NCBI GenBank assembly: GCA_934613415.1
Contig: CAKTSY010000003.1
Span: 240,001-272,000 of the forward strand
Reading direction: 5' to 3'
Length of the DNA: 32,000 nucleotides
DNA from: an uncultured Opitutales bacterium
GTDB lineage: Bacteria > Verrucomicrobiota > Verrucomicrobiia > Opitutales > Intestinicryptomonadaceae
Part shown: positions 1-8,147 of the stretch, piece by piece
Layout of the letters: the number at the start of each line of letters is the position of its first letter
Position numbering within the stretch: position 1 is the stretch's first letter
Program-made: the position numbers and the translations under genes
Notes under the pieces: model-generated
The model's input: only the letters and a program-made list of their open reading frames with translations
What the model was told of the DNA's origin: nothing
Database searches by the model: none

Positions 1-639
1 ATCCGACCACTTTACATCGCTTATAGTGCTGCGACCGTTATATTCGCAAACCTTTTCAAAATAAGTTCTTTTAATGCCCGTTGCCGAAACGTAGGCCTCT
101 AAACAGCCGCGTTTGCCGCAGTTGCACATTCTGCCCGAATCTACAACAGTTACATGGCCAAGCTCGCCGGCAAAACCGTCGGCACCATATACCATTTTAC
201 CGTTTACAACTATGCCCGAGCCTAACCCCGTGCCCAGTGTAATCATAATAAAATCCTTCATATCCTTGGCGCCGCCGTAAATCTTTTCGCCCAAAGCCGC
301 GGCGTTGGCGTCGTTTGTAAGATACATGTGCTCGAGGTTAAAATTCATTCTAAGCGTGTCTACAATAGGCCCGCTTGTAAAAGGCAGGTTCGGCGCCATT
401 TCTATCGCGCCCGTATAGTAGTTCGCATTGGGAGCCCCCAAGCCTATACCCATGCACTTGCCTTCGCTAACCAGCTCCATAAGCGATTTTATAGCCTTAA
501 CCAACAACGACATATACGAATTGTAGTCGCTTGCGTCGGTTGTCGAAAACCTGTTTTCGGCTACAACTTTGCCGTCTTTTAAAACTGCGCCTATTTTTGT
601 GTTTGTGCCGCCTATGTCTATTCCGATTGCGTATTCCAT
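1..639 (-). CDS. ROK-family sugar kinase (glucokinase-like); C-terminal end cut by the window edge
   Basis: Absent from the ORF track because it runs off the window. My translation from the ATG at 639-637 gives MEYAIGIDIGGTNTKIGAV... It contains the DIGGT phosphate motif, LGTGLGSG, GELGH and the ROK zinc motif CNCGKRGCLE. The frame stays open to position 1. Confidence 0.85.
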   Translation of the reverse strand, partial: MEYAIGIDIGGTNTKIGAVLKDGKVVAENRFSTTDASDYNSYMSLLVKAIKSLMELVSEGKCMGIGLGAPNANYYTGAIEMAPNLPFTSGPIVDTLRMNFNLEHMYLTNDANAAALGEKIYGGAKDMKDFIMITLGTGLGSGIVVNGKMVYGADGFAGELGHVTVVDSGRMCNCGKRGCLEAYVSATGIKRTYFEKVCEYNGRSTISDVKWSD

Positions 640-672
640 ATTTGTAAAGATTTAATAGTTTTTAAAGTTTTA

Positions 673-2043
673 TTATTTCGATAGTTTTTCAAAAAGCAAT
701 TCATAAAGTTTTGCGCCTTTTTCGAGCATTTCCAGATAGAACGACTCGTTGGGCGCGTGCAGATTGTCTTGCGGGGTAAATAGCCCGGTCATAACAAAGT
801 CCAATTTGGCTACATCGTGCATATAGGCAACAAGCGAAATGCTGCCGCCGTCGCGCACAAAAAGCGGCGGCTTGCCGAACACTTCGCAAACCGATTCTTT
901 TAAACTGCGCAAAACCGCGCCTTTTACGGAATCTTTTTCAGACTCGGTTTTGGCGTCTATATAATATGCCTTTGCTCCGCAGCCGTTGTGCGCTTTAAAC
1001 GAAACAGTTACGCCTTTTGGGCACCTTTGCAAAATGGCGTTTTGCACAAGTTTTAAGATTTTTGAAGGGTCTTGGTCGGGAACAAGCCTGCACGATATTT
1101 TGCAGAAACACTCGGCAGGGATTATGGTTTTAAGATCGTTGCCCTGCCAGCCGCCGCCAATGCCGTTTATTTCCAAAGTAGGCATTGCCCTTGTAGACGC
1201 CATAACGTCTACGCCCTTTTGCGAATACAAAGCCTCTACATTCAACTCTTTTTTTATGCCTTCGGGCGTAATGGGCAGCTTTTTTGTTTCGGCAACCTCC
1301 CAATCGCTAACGGGTTTTACATCGCTATAAAAGCCGTCTATTGCAACAAGGCCGTCGGCGCCGTGCAAAGAAGAAAGCACTTCGCACATAGCCTGAAGCG
1401 GGTTATATACCATACCGCCATACATGCCCGAATGAAGGTCGCATTTTGCGCCTTTAAACACCGCGTCGAACGACACCATTCCCCTTACGCCCGTAGTTAC
1501 CAAAATTTGCGATTTGTCTGGGCTCATTGTGTCGCTTAAAAGAACTATGTCGTACTTTGCCAATTCGTCTTTGTGCGAATCTATAAACTTTGCCATGCTG
1601 GGGCTCGAAACTTCCTCTTCGCCATCGAATATAAAGGCAATATCTATTGCGTTGTCGGGGTTTTTATCCAAAAAGTTAAGGTAGCCCGTAAGCAACGCGG
1701 TAAATGGGCCTTTGTTGTCGGCCGTGCCCCTGCCGCAAAGCTTGCCGTTTTTTTCCACCGCAACAAAGGGGTCGCTAACCCACTGGCTTAAAGGCTCTAC
1801 AGGTTGAACATCGTAGTGGCCGTAGCACAAAATTCTTGCCTTGGGTGCTGTTTTGCAGTTGCGCTTTGCCCAAACAATGGGGTGCAGCGGCGTTTCAACC
1901 AATTCGCTTTCAAAGCCGCGCTGCTGCATAAAATCGCGCAAGAACGCGCCGCACTCGCGCACGCTACCCGCCAGTTCGGGATTTGCCGAAACACTTTTAA
2001 ATGAAACTAGTTTTTTAAGGAAAGATACGCTGTCGAATTGCAT
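673..2043 (-). CDS. M20-family metallopeptidase (dipeptidase / ArgE-DapE-CPG2-like)
   Basis: 456-aa ORF with M20 metal and catalytic motifs: GHYDVQP, GRGTADNKG and FDGEEEVSS. ATG start at 2043. Confidence 0.8.
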   Translation of the reverse strand: MQFDSVSFLKKLVSFKSVSANPELAGSVRECGAFLRDFMQQRGFESELVETPLHPIVWAKRNCKTAPKARILCYGHYDVQPVEPLSQWVSDPFVAVEKNGKLCGRGTADNKGPFTALLTGYLNFLDKNPDNAIDIAFIFDGEEEVSSPSMAKFIDSHKDELAKYDIVLLSDTMSPDKSQILVTTGVRGMVSFDAVFKGAKCDLHSGMYGGMVYNPLQAMCEVLSSLHGADGLVAIDGFYSDVKPVSDWEVAETKKLPITPEGIKKELNVEALYSQKGVDVMASTRAMPTLEINGIGGGWQGNDLKTIIPAECFCKISCRLVPDQDPSKILKLVQNAILQRCPKGVTVSFKAHNGCGAKAYYIDAKTESEKDSVKGAVLRSLKESVCEVFGKPPLFVRDGGSISLVAYMHDVAKLDFVMTGLFTPQDNLHAPNESFYLEMLEKGAKLYELLFEKLSK

Positions 2044-2050
2044 TTTAAAA

Positions 2051-2086
2051 ACTTTGCCGAATAAAAAATTTATCTACTTTGCCGAA
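2051..2086. repeat. Two perfect 11-nt direct repeats (ACTTTGCCGAA) 25 nt apart, upstream of the M20 peptidase gene
   Basis: The copies lie at 2051-2061 and 2076-2086, within 45 nt of the peptidase ATG (2043, minus strand). Confidence 0.7.
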
Positions 2087-2145
2087 AACAAAACGAGACC
2101 GTCAAAAATATGGCGGCCTCGAACAAATATGCGTCAAAAAAACAA

Positions 2146-2538
2146 CTACATGCCCTTTAACACTTTGGACATTTGGTTGTAGATTTCCTGGCACTTCATT
2201 AGGTTGCCGCTGCCGTATTTAAATACGACTTTGCAAATGCCGGGCTTTTCCTGCGAAATTGCAACGCTTATAAACGCGTCTTTCGGGCCTCTGGCAATAA
2301 TCTTTGCGGTGTTGGGCTTTACCTTTTGCCCTACCCTGTAGTATTTAAGCTGGTCTAACGCCGTGTTGGCAGCCTTAAACACAACGTTTATGTCGCCGTC
2401 GAAACGGCCAATCATTTCGCCCGAAGCGGAATCGTAGTTGGCTTCGGGGTGTGTTTCGGATTCTACGCCCAAGTTTGTGGTGCACCCTACAAACAAGGCG
2501 GCAACAGACGCCAATAATGCTAAAGTTAATTTTTTCAT
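2146..2538 (-). CDS. Small putative lipoprotein, function unknown
   Basis: 130-aa ORF. The N-terminus MKKLTLALLASVAALFVGC has a signal peptide plus a lipobox-like L-F-V-G-C. Confidence 0.65.
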   Translation of the reverse strand: MKKLTLALLASVAALFVGCTTNLGVESETHPEANYDSASGEMIGRFDGDINVVFKAANTALDQLKYYRVGQKVKPNTAKIIARGPKDAFISVAISQEKPGICKVVFKYGSGNLMKCQEIYNQMSKVLKGM

Positions 2539-2586
2539 AATGATTATATAATTTAGTTTGGTTATAATTTTACAAGCTTTTTTTGC

Positions 2587-4008
2587 CTATTCTTTTACAA
2601 TTTCAAAACCGTCTTTCTTGTCTAGAACGCTCCAGCCCAAGGCCGAAATTTCCTTCCTTAAAGAATCTGCCAAGGCAAAATCCTTCGCCTTTTTTGCGTC
2701 CCAACGCTTTTGGGCAAGTTCTTTTATGTTTTCGGGGACATCTACAACCTGCTTTTCGAGAGTTTCGAAGGGAACAATGCCAACGCAATAGAGAAAACGT
2801 GCATAGCTTTTTGCGTCCTGCAAAGTCGGGTTTTCAAGTTTTTGGAATGCCGTAAACGCCTCGCCCATTGCCTTTGGCACGTTTAGGTCGTCGCACATCG
2901 CGTTGTAGGCTGGTATAAAGGCACCCGTTTCTTCGCCAAAATCTTTCTTAGCCAAAATTTCGCAAAATTGTTTTTTTGTTAGCGGAATTTTTTCGAGCAT
3001 AGCCAAAGAGTATTTGTCGAGCTTGGCAAGCGCGCTTTTGGCATCGTCTAACCCCTTAAACGTAAAGTTAAGCTGCTGGCGATAGTGCCCCATAAGCAAT
3101 GCCAACCTAACCTGCATGGGAGTGTATCCCTTGCCTTCCAAATCGTCTAAAGTGTAGAGATTGCCCAAACTTTTAGACATCTTTTTGCCCTCTACCATCA
3201 GGTGCGCCGAATGGAACCAGTAGCGCACATAGGGCTTTACGCCGCTTGCGCATTCGCTTTGGGCAATTTCGTTTTCGTGGTGGGGGAAGCACAAGTCTAT
3301 GCCGCCGCCGTGAAGGTCGAAGCTGGGGCCCAAATATTTCGCGCTCATAGCCGAGCACTCTATATGCCAGCCGGGCCTGCCTTCGCCCCACGGGCTTTTC
3401 CATGAATTTTCGCCGTCTTCGGGTTTTCTGCCCTTCCACAATGCGAAGTCCGAAACGCTGTCGCGCTCGTATTCGTCGGCCAAATTTGCATTGCCCGCCG
3501 AATTTTCGCTTTGTGTAGAAAGCGAAGAGGTATCCAAACCCGAAAGCTTGCCGTATTCGGGAAAGCTTGAAATTTTAAAGTATACGCTGCCGTCGGGCAT
3601 AGCGTAGGCATGGCCTTTTTCGACAAGCGTTTTAACCATTTTTATCTGCTCGCCAATATGCTCGGTAGCCTTTGGCTCTACGGTGGGGGCAAGCATATTA
3701 AGCTTTTGGCAGTCGGCATGGAATTTGTCGGTCCACTTTTGGGTAAACTCTTTTAAAGTTATGCCCAATTTTTGGCTTTCCCTAATGGTTTTGTCGTCTA
3801 CATCGGTTATATTGCGAACGTGCTTTACCTTTATGCCCGAAGCCTCAAGCGTTCTGCGCAGGGCGTCTTGAACCAAAAATGTTCTAAAATTGCCTATGTG
3901 GGCGGGCCCATATACCGTAGGCCCGCAGCAATACATCTTAAACTCTGTCCCTTTTGGCTCCAAAGTTTCTTTGGCTCTGTCTATAGTATTGTGAATTAAA
4001 ACCTTCAT
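2587..4008 (-). CDS. cysS: Cysteine--tRNA ligase
   Basis: 473-aa ORF with the class I aaRS HIGH-type motif (GPTVYGPAHIGNFRT) and KMSKS. It also has the CysRS-typical WHIECSAM zinc region. Confidence 0.93.
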   Translation of the reverse strand: MKVLIHNTIDRAKETLEPKGTEFKMYCCGPTVYGPAHIGNFRTFLVQDALRRTLEASGIKVKHVRNITDVDDKTIRESQKLGITLKEFTQKWTDKFHADCQKLNMLAPTVEPKATEHIGEQIKMVKTLVEKGHAYAMPDGSVYFKISSFPEYGKLSGLDTSSLSTQSENSAGNANLADEYERDSVSDFALWKGRKPEDGENSWKSPWGEGRPGWHIECSAMSAKYLGPSFDLHGGGIDLCFPHHENEIAQSECASGVKPYVRYWFHSAHLMVEGKKMSKSLGNLYTLDDLEGKGYTPMQVRLALLMGHYRQQLNFTFKGLDDAKSALAKLDKYSLAMLEKIPLTKKQFCEILAKKDFGEETGAFIPAYNAMCDDLNVPKAMGEAFTAFQKLENPTLQDAKSYARFLYCVGIVPFETLEKQVVDVPENIKELAQKRWDAKKAKDFALADSLRKEISALGWSVLDKKDGFEIVKE

Positions 4009-4052
4009 TATTTTATTGCGTAAATTATAGCTTGTATAAAAATAAAAACATT

Positions 4053-5075
4053 ATGGACGAAAATTTCAAGCTCGATATAAGACAGCGTCCGAGAAGAATG
4101 AGGAAAAGCAAATCCATACTCGGATTGTGTCAGGAAACATACCTTTGCAAAAAAGACCTAATACAGCCTTTATTTGTAATCGACCAAAAAAACAAAAGTC
4201 AAGCCATAGACTCTATGCCCGACCAATACAGGCTAAGCATAGACAGGCTTTTAAAAAAGTGCGACGACCTTCTTAAAAACGGCATTTCAAGCATTGCGCT
4301 TTTCCCCACTTTAGACGCAAAACTTAAAGACGAAAAAGCCTCGCAGGCGGTAAACGAAAACTGCCTGTTCTACAGGGCAATACGAAGCGTAAAAAAACGC
4401 TTCCCCGAAATGACGCTTATTGCCGATATTGCACTAGACCCATATACCAGCCACGGGCACGACGGGCTTATAGACCCGAAAACGAATACGATTATGAACG
4501 ACGAAACGGTTGAAATTTTAACCGCAATGTCGCTTTTGTGCGCCGACGCTGGCGCCGATTTTGTTGCGCCGTCGGATATGATGGACGGCAGAATAGGAGC
4601 AATACGCGAAAACCTAGACGAATGCGGCTTTACAAACACTGCCATTATGGCATACAGCGCAAAATACGCCTCGGTATTTTACGGTCCGTTTAGGGACGCC
4701 GTAAAATCGTCTTCGGCTGCAGGCACAAAAAATCTCGACAAGCTTTCGTATCAGCTTAACCCCGCAAATTCCAGAACCGCAATTTTAGAGGCATATTTAG
4801 ACGAAAGCGAATGCGCCGACGTTTTAATGGTAAAGCCCGCAATGTATTATCTAGACATTGTAAAGGCTGTGCGCGAACGCTCTATGCTGCCTATAGCCGC
4901 CTACCAGGTTTCGGGCGAATATTCTATGATAAAGAATGCGGCAAGCCTCGGATATTTCGACTTAAACAAGGCTATTTACGAATCGCTTATATCCATAAAA
5001 AGAGCGGGAGCCGATATGATTTTAACCTACTTTGCGGAATACTACGCAAGGGAAATGGCGGAAAAATTCCAATAA
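4053..5075 (+). CDS. hemB: Porphobilinogen synthase (delta-aminolevulinate dehydratase)
   Basis: Has the RPRRMR N-terminal motif, the DLIQPLFV motif, the active-site region DIALDPYTSHGHDG and a conserved lysine region (VLMVKPA). The track ORF begins at TTG 4032, but the ATG at 4053 gives the usual N-terminus. Confidence 0.9.
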   Translation: MDENFKLDIRQRPRRMRKSKSILGLCQETYLCKKDLIQPLFVIDQKNKSQAIDSMPDQYRLSIDRLLKKCDDLLKNGISSIALFPTLDAKLKDEKASQAVNENCLFYRAIRSVKKRFPEMTLIADIALDPYTSHGHDGLIDPKTNTIMNDETVEILTAMSLLCADAGADFVAPSDMMDGRIGAIRENLDECGFTNTAIMAYSAKYASVFYGPFRDAVKSSSAAGTKNLDKLSYQLNPANSRTAILEAYLDESECADVLMVKPAMYYLDIVKAVRERSMLPIAAYQVSGEYSMIKNAASLGYFDLNKAIYESLISIKRAGADMILTYFAEYYAREMAEKFQ

Positions 5076-5084
5076 AAACAAAGT

Positions 5085-6002
5085 ATGCGCCGATTGTATA
5101 AATTTGGGGTGTTTACCGCGCAAAAAAGTGCAAAAGCTTTCGGCGCATACTTTTTTGCAAAACTTTTCTTTGCCATTTTGCTAATGCAAAGCTTTTCGGG
5201 CTTTTGTGCAGAAATGCCGGCATTAAAGCTCGACACATTCATCTCGCAAAGCGAGCCTTCAAAATCGTTCGAAAACGAAAAATTTCTTTCGGTTTCAAAC
5301 GCAAAAGATTCGGCAAAGATTGCGTATATTCCCTTCAGGTGCGACCCGATTTTATATGCCTTTAACCCACAAAAAGATACAGTTTTTTTGTCGAAACTTA
5401 TTTTGCATATAAAGGCAAACCAAGCCTTTATCGAAAAGATAAACGATCTTATTAAAACCGCAAATAAAAATACCGAACAAGCTAGCGAAGATGAAGTTGC
5501 GAAAATAAGAGAGGCAAAAGACGCCCTTAACATAAAAATTGCGGTATTTGCGATAGTAAACGAATCGGCATTCTTTGATATTAACGACACCTACAAGGTT
5601 TCGTGGAACGGCGAAAACGAAAAAGTTGCCCCCGCCCACGACACAAACTCTACCGCGCTGGACACAACGGCGGCATTCAGGCTTGGAACGATGCAGCTTA
5701 ATTTAAAGGAACCTGTTAAAGACGGCGACAAGCTTGAATTTACAAGCGATGTTTTTACAGACTATATAAACTACGCGCTTGCCGCTAAAAGCGAAAAAAA
5801 TAAGCCTTTGCCCTTCCCCAGATTTTGCCAACAGCTTGATATTGCAACACTTGTGTTGGTTCAAGAAAGCGGAATAACCGACATTTTGTTTTATTCGGCA
5901 GACTCGTTCGACGATGAAAACGACGGTTTTGCCGACAAGCCCGACCTTAGACCCAAACTGCTTTTAGAATTTTCGGCAAAAAGCGAAAATTCGGGCGAAT
6001 AG
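5085..6002 (+). CDS. Hypothetical protein with N-terminal hydrophobic/signal-like segment
   Basis: 305-aa ORF with ATG at 5085, 9 nt after the hemB stop. It has a hydrophobic N-terminus (FFAKLFFAILLMQSFSGFCAE) and a K/E/D-rich composition typical of real coding sequence. I recognise no motif. Confidence 0.6.
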   Translation: MRRLYKFGVFTAQKSAKAFGAYFFAKLFFAILLMQSFSGFCAEMPALKLDTFISQSEPSKSFENEKFLSVSNAKDSAKIAYIPFRCDPILYAFNPQKDTVFLSKLILHIKANQAFIEKINDLIKTANKNTEQASEDEVAKIREAKDALNIKIAVFAIVNESAFFDINDTYKVSWNGENEKVAPAHDTNSTALDTTAAFRLGTMQLNLKEPVKDGDKLEFTSDVFTDYINYALAAKSEKNKPLPFPRFCQQLDIATLVLVQESGITDILFYSADSFDDENDGFADKPDLRPKLLLEFSAKSENSGE

Positions 6003-6140
6003 TCTATAAAAGCGAAAATTTTATTAAATTTTTTACTTACTATATTTTCGTATCTTACGAAATTTATATATAAAAAAGTGCTTGACTCGATTTAACATAT
6101 AGCTTAACTATACCGCCATAACTCAAAACAAGGTAACTAT

Positions 6141-6938
6141 ATGATGGGGAAAAAAGTTATTATGTTGTTGGGTTTTGCGTGCGCATTATTATCGGCAAGT
6201 GTCGTTAACGCACAAACTCAACAGGGGGCAAAAGCTCCTAAAGCAGTTGCAGCCAAAGCGGTTGCAAACACGGCTAAAACGGGCGCGGCTAAAGATGTAG
6301 CCAAGTCTGTGCACAAAGTTGTGCAAATAGACGAATCTAAAATCGCAACTGTAGACAAGTCTAAAATTGCAAAGGTAGATTCTTCTAAGCTTGTGCCAAA
6401 AGCGCAGATTGCCGACAAAATTGCAGAAGCAAAAAAGGCAAAAGACGCCAAAAACGCGAAGCCCAAAAAAAAGCTGCGCAGCCGCAATCAGGTTATAAAT
6501 ATTCAGGTTGTAGCCTGGGGGCCAAAAATGGCCGACACCGAAACCGCGTGTCTGGCGGCGGTTCGCAAATACGCGGGCGAAAAACGCCAATATAATGTAA
6601 AGGATATTTCCTTTGTAAGAGAAAGCGGCACAAAGCTTATTGCATTTTTGCGCGCCGACTTTACCGAAAACATTATAGACGGCTTTAAGCTTCAGCTTGA
6701 GGTTACCGCAGGCTACGGCACAACGCGCGAACGCGCCTATGCCAAGGCAATGCAAAAGGCGGCGTTTAAGGTAAAAACCGTGCGCTCTGCCGACGACAAC
6801 TGGAGCAAGGTAGACAGCAACCTAAAAAACAGCAACGAAGAGGGGTTTTTCCCCTATCTATACAGCTTCGAAAAGATAAACGACGAATATATGTGCAAGC
6901 TCTATTTCCAATACATTAAATCTGTAAACGCAAAATAG
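6141..6938 (+). CDS. Hypothetical secreted protein with Lys/Ala-rich repeat region
   Basis: 265-aa ORF. AAGG lies 9 nt upstream of the ATG. It has a clear signal peptide (MMGKKVIMLLGFACALLSASVVNAQ), a low-complexity K/A-rich N-terminal half and a globular C-terminal half. A hairpin terminator follows. Confidence 0.7.
   Translation: MMGKKVIMLLGFACALLSASVVNAQTQQGAKAPKAVAAKAVANTAKTGAAKDVAKSVHKVVQIDESKIATVDKSKIAKVDSSKLVPKAQIADKIAEAKKAKDAKNAKPKKKLRSRNQVINIQVVAWGPKMADTETACLAAVRKYAGEKRQYNVKDISFVRESGTKLIAFLRADFTENIIDGFKLQLEVTAGYGTTRERAYAKAMQKAAFKVKTVRSADDNWSKVDSNLKNSNEEGFFPYLYSFEKINDEYMCKLYFQYIKSVNAK
6327..6398 (+). repeat. Three imperfect 24-nt (8-aa) in-frame tandem repeats
   Basis: The units are atagacgaatctaaaatcgcaact, gtagacaagtctaaaattgcaaag and gtagattcttctaagcttgtgcca. 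They encode IDESKIAT, VDKSKIAK and VDSSKLVP. Confidence 0.8.
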
Positions 6939-6973
6939 AACTTTTGTTTTAAATTAAATCTGAAAATAAAAAT

Positions 6974-7001
6974 AAAACGCACCCCGAAAGGAGTGCGTTT
7001 T
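6974..7001. terminator. Bidirectional intrinsic terminator between convergent genes
   Basis: The sequence aaaacgcacccc-gaaa-ggagtgcgtttt forms a GC-containing stem with a GAAA loop. It is flanked by an A-run and a T-run, so it reads as stem plus U-tract on both strands. Confidence 0.8.
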
Positions 7002-7021
7002 TAAATTGCAAAAAACCTGCT

Positions 7022-8146
7022 CTAAAATTTGATTTTTGTCGGCGTTATCGAAAATGTTTTTTCGTATTCGGCGCAAATTTTGTCGGCATCTTGCTCGCCA
7101 AATTCGGGGGTTGTCATTGCCATAACACAACCGCCAAAGCCGCCGCCCGAAAGGCGCGCGCCGTAAACGTTTTTGTTTTCGGTAAGCCTTTCTACAAACC
7201 AGTCAAGCTCTCTGCACGAATTGCCGAAAAGCCTGCTCGAGCTCCAGTGCGAAGCCGTAAGCAGTTTGCCGAGGGCGATGGGGTCTTTCTCGTCTATGCA
7301 CTTGCACGCCGCAAAAACCCTGCCTATTTCGTCTATTATGTGCTTGGCGCGATTGTATACAACGGCGTCCATTTTGGGCTTGGCGTTTTCCAAATCCTGA
7401 ATGGTAAAGGCTCTTAAAAGTTTAAATTCGCCCGGGCTAGAAAGTATTTTAGCCGCCTGCATGCACGACTCTCTTAGCTTTGCGTACGCCCCGTCTACCA
7501 GCGAATGCTTTGTTGCGGTATTGAAAATCCACAGCTTCCATTCTTTGGGCAGCAAAATGCTTTTAAACTCGTCTTTAAGGCAGTCTATAAAAACAAGATT
7601 GTTGTCGCTGCCAAAGCCCGAAACGCCCTGGTCTAAAATGCCGCAGGGCATTCCCATAAATTCGTTTTCGCACTTTTTAGAAATTTTAACCATTTCCAAA
7701 GTGGAAAGATTAAGTCCGTAAAGCTCGTTTAAGGCTCTTGCCATTGCAAGCTCTATTGCCGCCGAGCTGCTAAGCCCCGCGCCGCTGGGCAAGTCCGACA
7801 TATCCAGAAAGTCGAAACCGCAATCTATTTTGCAGCCGTGTTCTTTGGCATATTTTACCACGCCAATGCAGTAGTTTGCCCAGTTTTGGCGGGGCGGCTG
7901 CTTTTGGCAGGTGTCTAAACTTACGCAAACGCTGTCGCGGCTTTTTGAATTGCCGAACCTCATTGTATTGTCGTTGCGCTTTGCCAAGGCTACGCATATG
8001 TGCCTGCTAATGGCAGCACCTAAAACAACGCCGCCATTATAGTCTACATGGTTGCCTATAAACTCTATGCGCCCCGAAGCCTTAGAGACAACCTGCGGTT
8101 TATAGCCGTAAAAATCAAAAAACTTTTTTGCGAGAATTTCTTTCAT
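7022..8146 (-). CDS. galK: Galactokinase
   Basis: 374-aa ORF with the galactokinase signature GRIEFIGNHVDYNGG and the GHMP kinase ATP motif PSGAGLSSSAA. Confidence 0.92.
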   Translation of the reverse strand: MKEILAKKFFDFYGYKPQVVSKASGRIEFIGNHVDYNGGVVLGAAISRHICVALAKRNDNTMRFGNSKSRDSVCVSLDTCQKQPPRQNWANYCIGVVKYAKEHGCKIDCGFDFLDMSDLPSGAGLSSSAAIELAMARALNELYGLNLSTLEMVKISKKCENEFMGMPCGILDQGVSGFGSDNNLVFIDCLKDEFKSILLPKEWKLWIFNTATKHSLVDGAYAKLRESCMQAAKILSSPGEFKLLRAFTIQDLENAKPKMDAVVYNRAKHIIDEIGRVFAACKCIDEKDPIALGKLLTASHWSSSRLFGNSCRELDWFVERLTENKNVYGARLSGGGFGGCVMAMTTPEFGEQDADKICAEYEKTFSITPTKIKF

Positions 8147-8147
8147 T

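Noticed and set aside
328-582. 84-aa plus-strand ORF at the window start
   Set aside because: It is antisense to the ROK kinase gene, which has multiple family motifs.
4032-4052. TTG start extending hemB by 7 codons (MYKNKNI)
   Set aside because: The ATG at 4053 gives the conventional N-terminus. The extension would leave only 23 nt to the divergent cysS start.
5042-5590. 182-aa minus-strand ORF overlapping the hemB 3' end and the 5085-6002 gene
   Set aside because: It has a Ser/Phe/Ala-rich shadow-frame composition, overlaps the hemB stop region, and is shorter than the plus-strand ORF, which has coding-like composition.
6189-6755. 188-aa minus-strand ORF opposite the secreted Lys/Ala-rich protein gene
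   Set aside because: It has a Cys/Phe/Arg-rich junk composition. The plus-strand ORF has a signal peptide, an RBS and a terminator.
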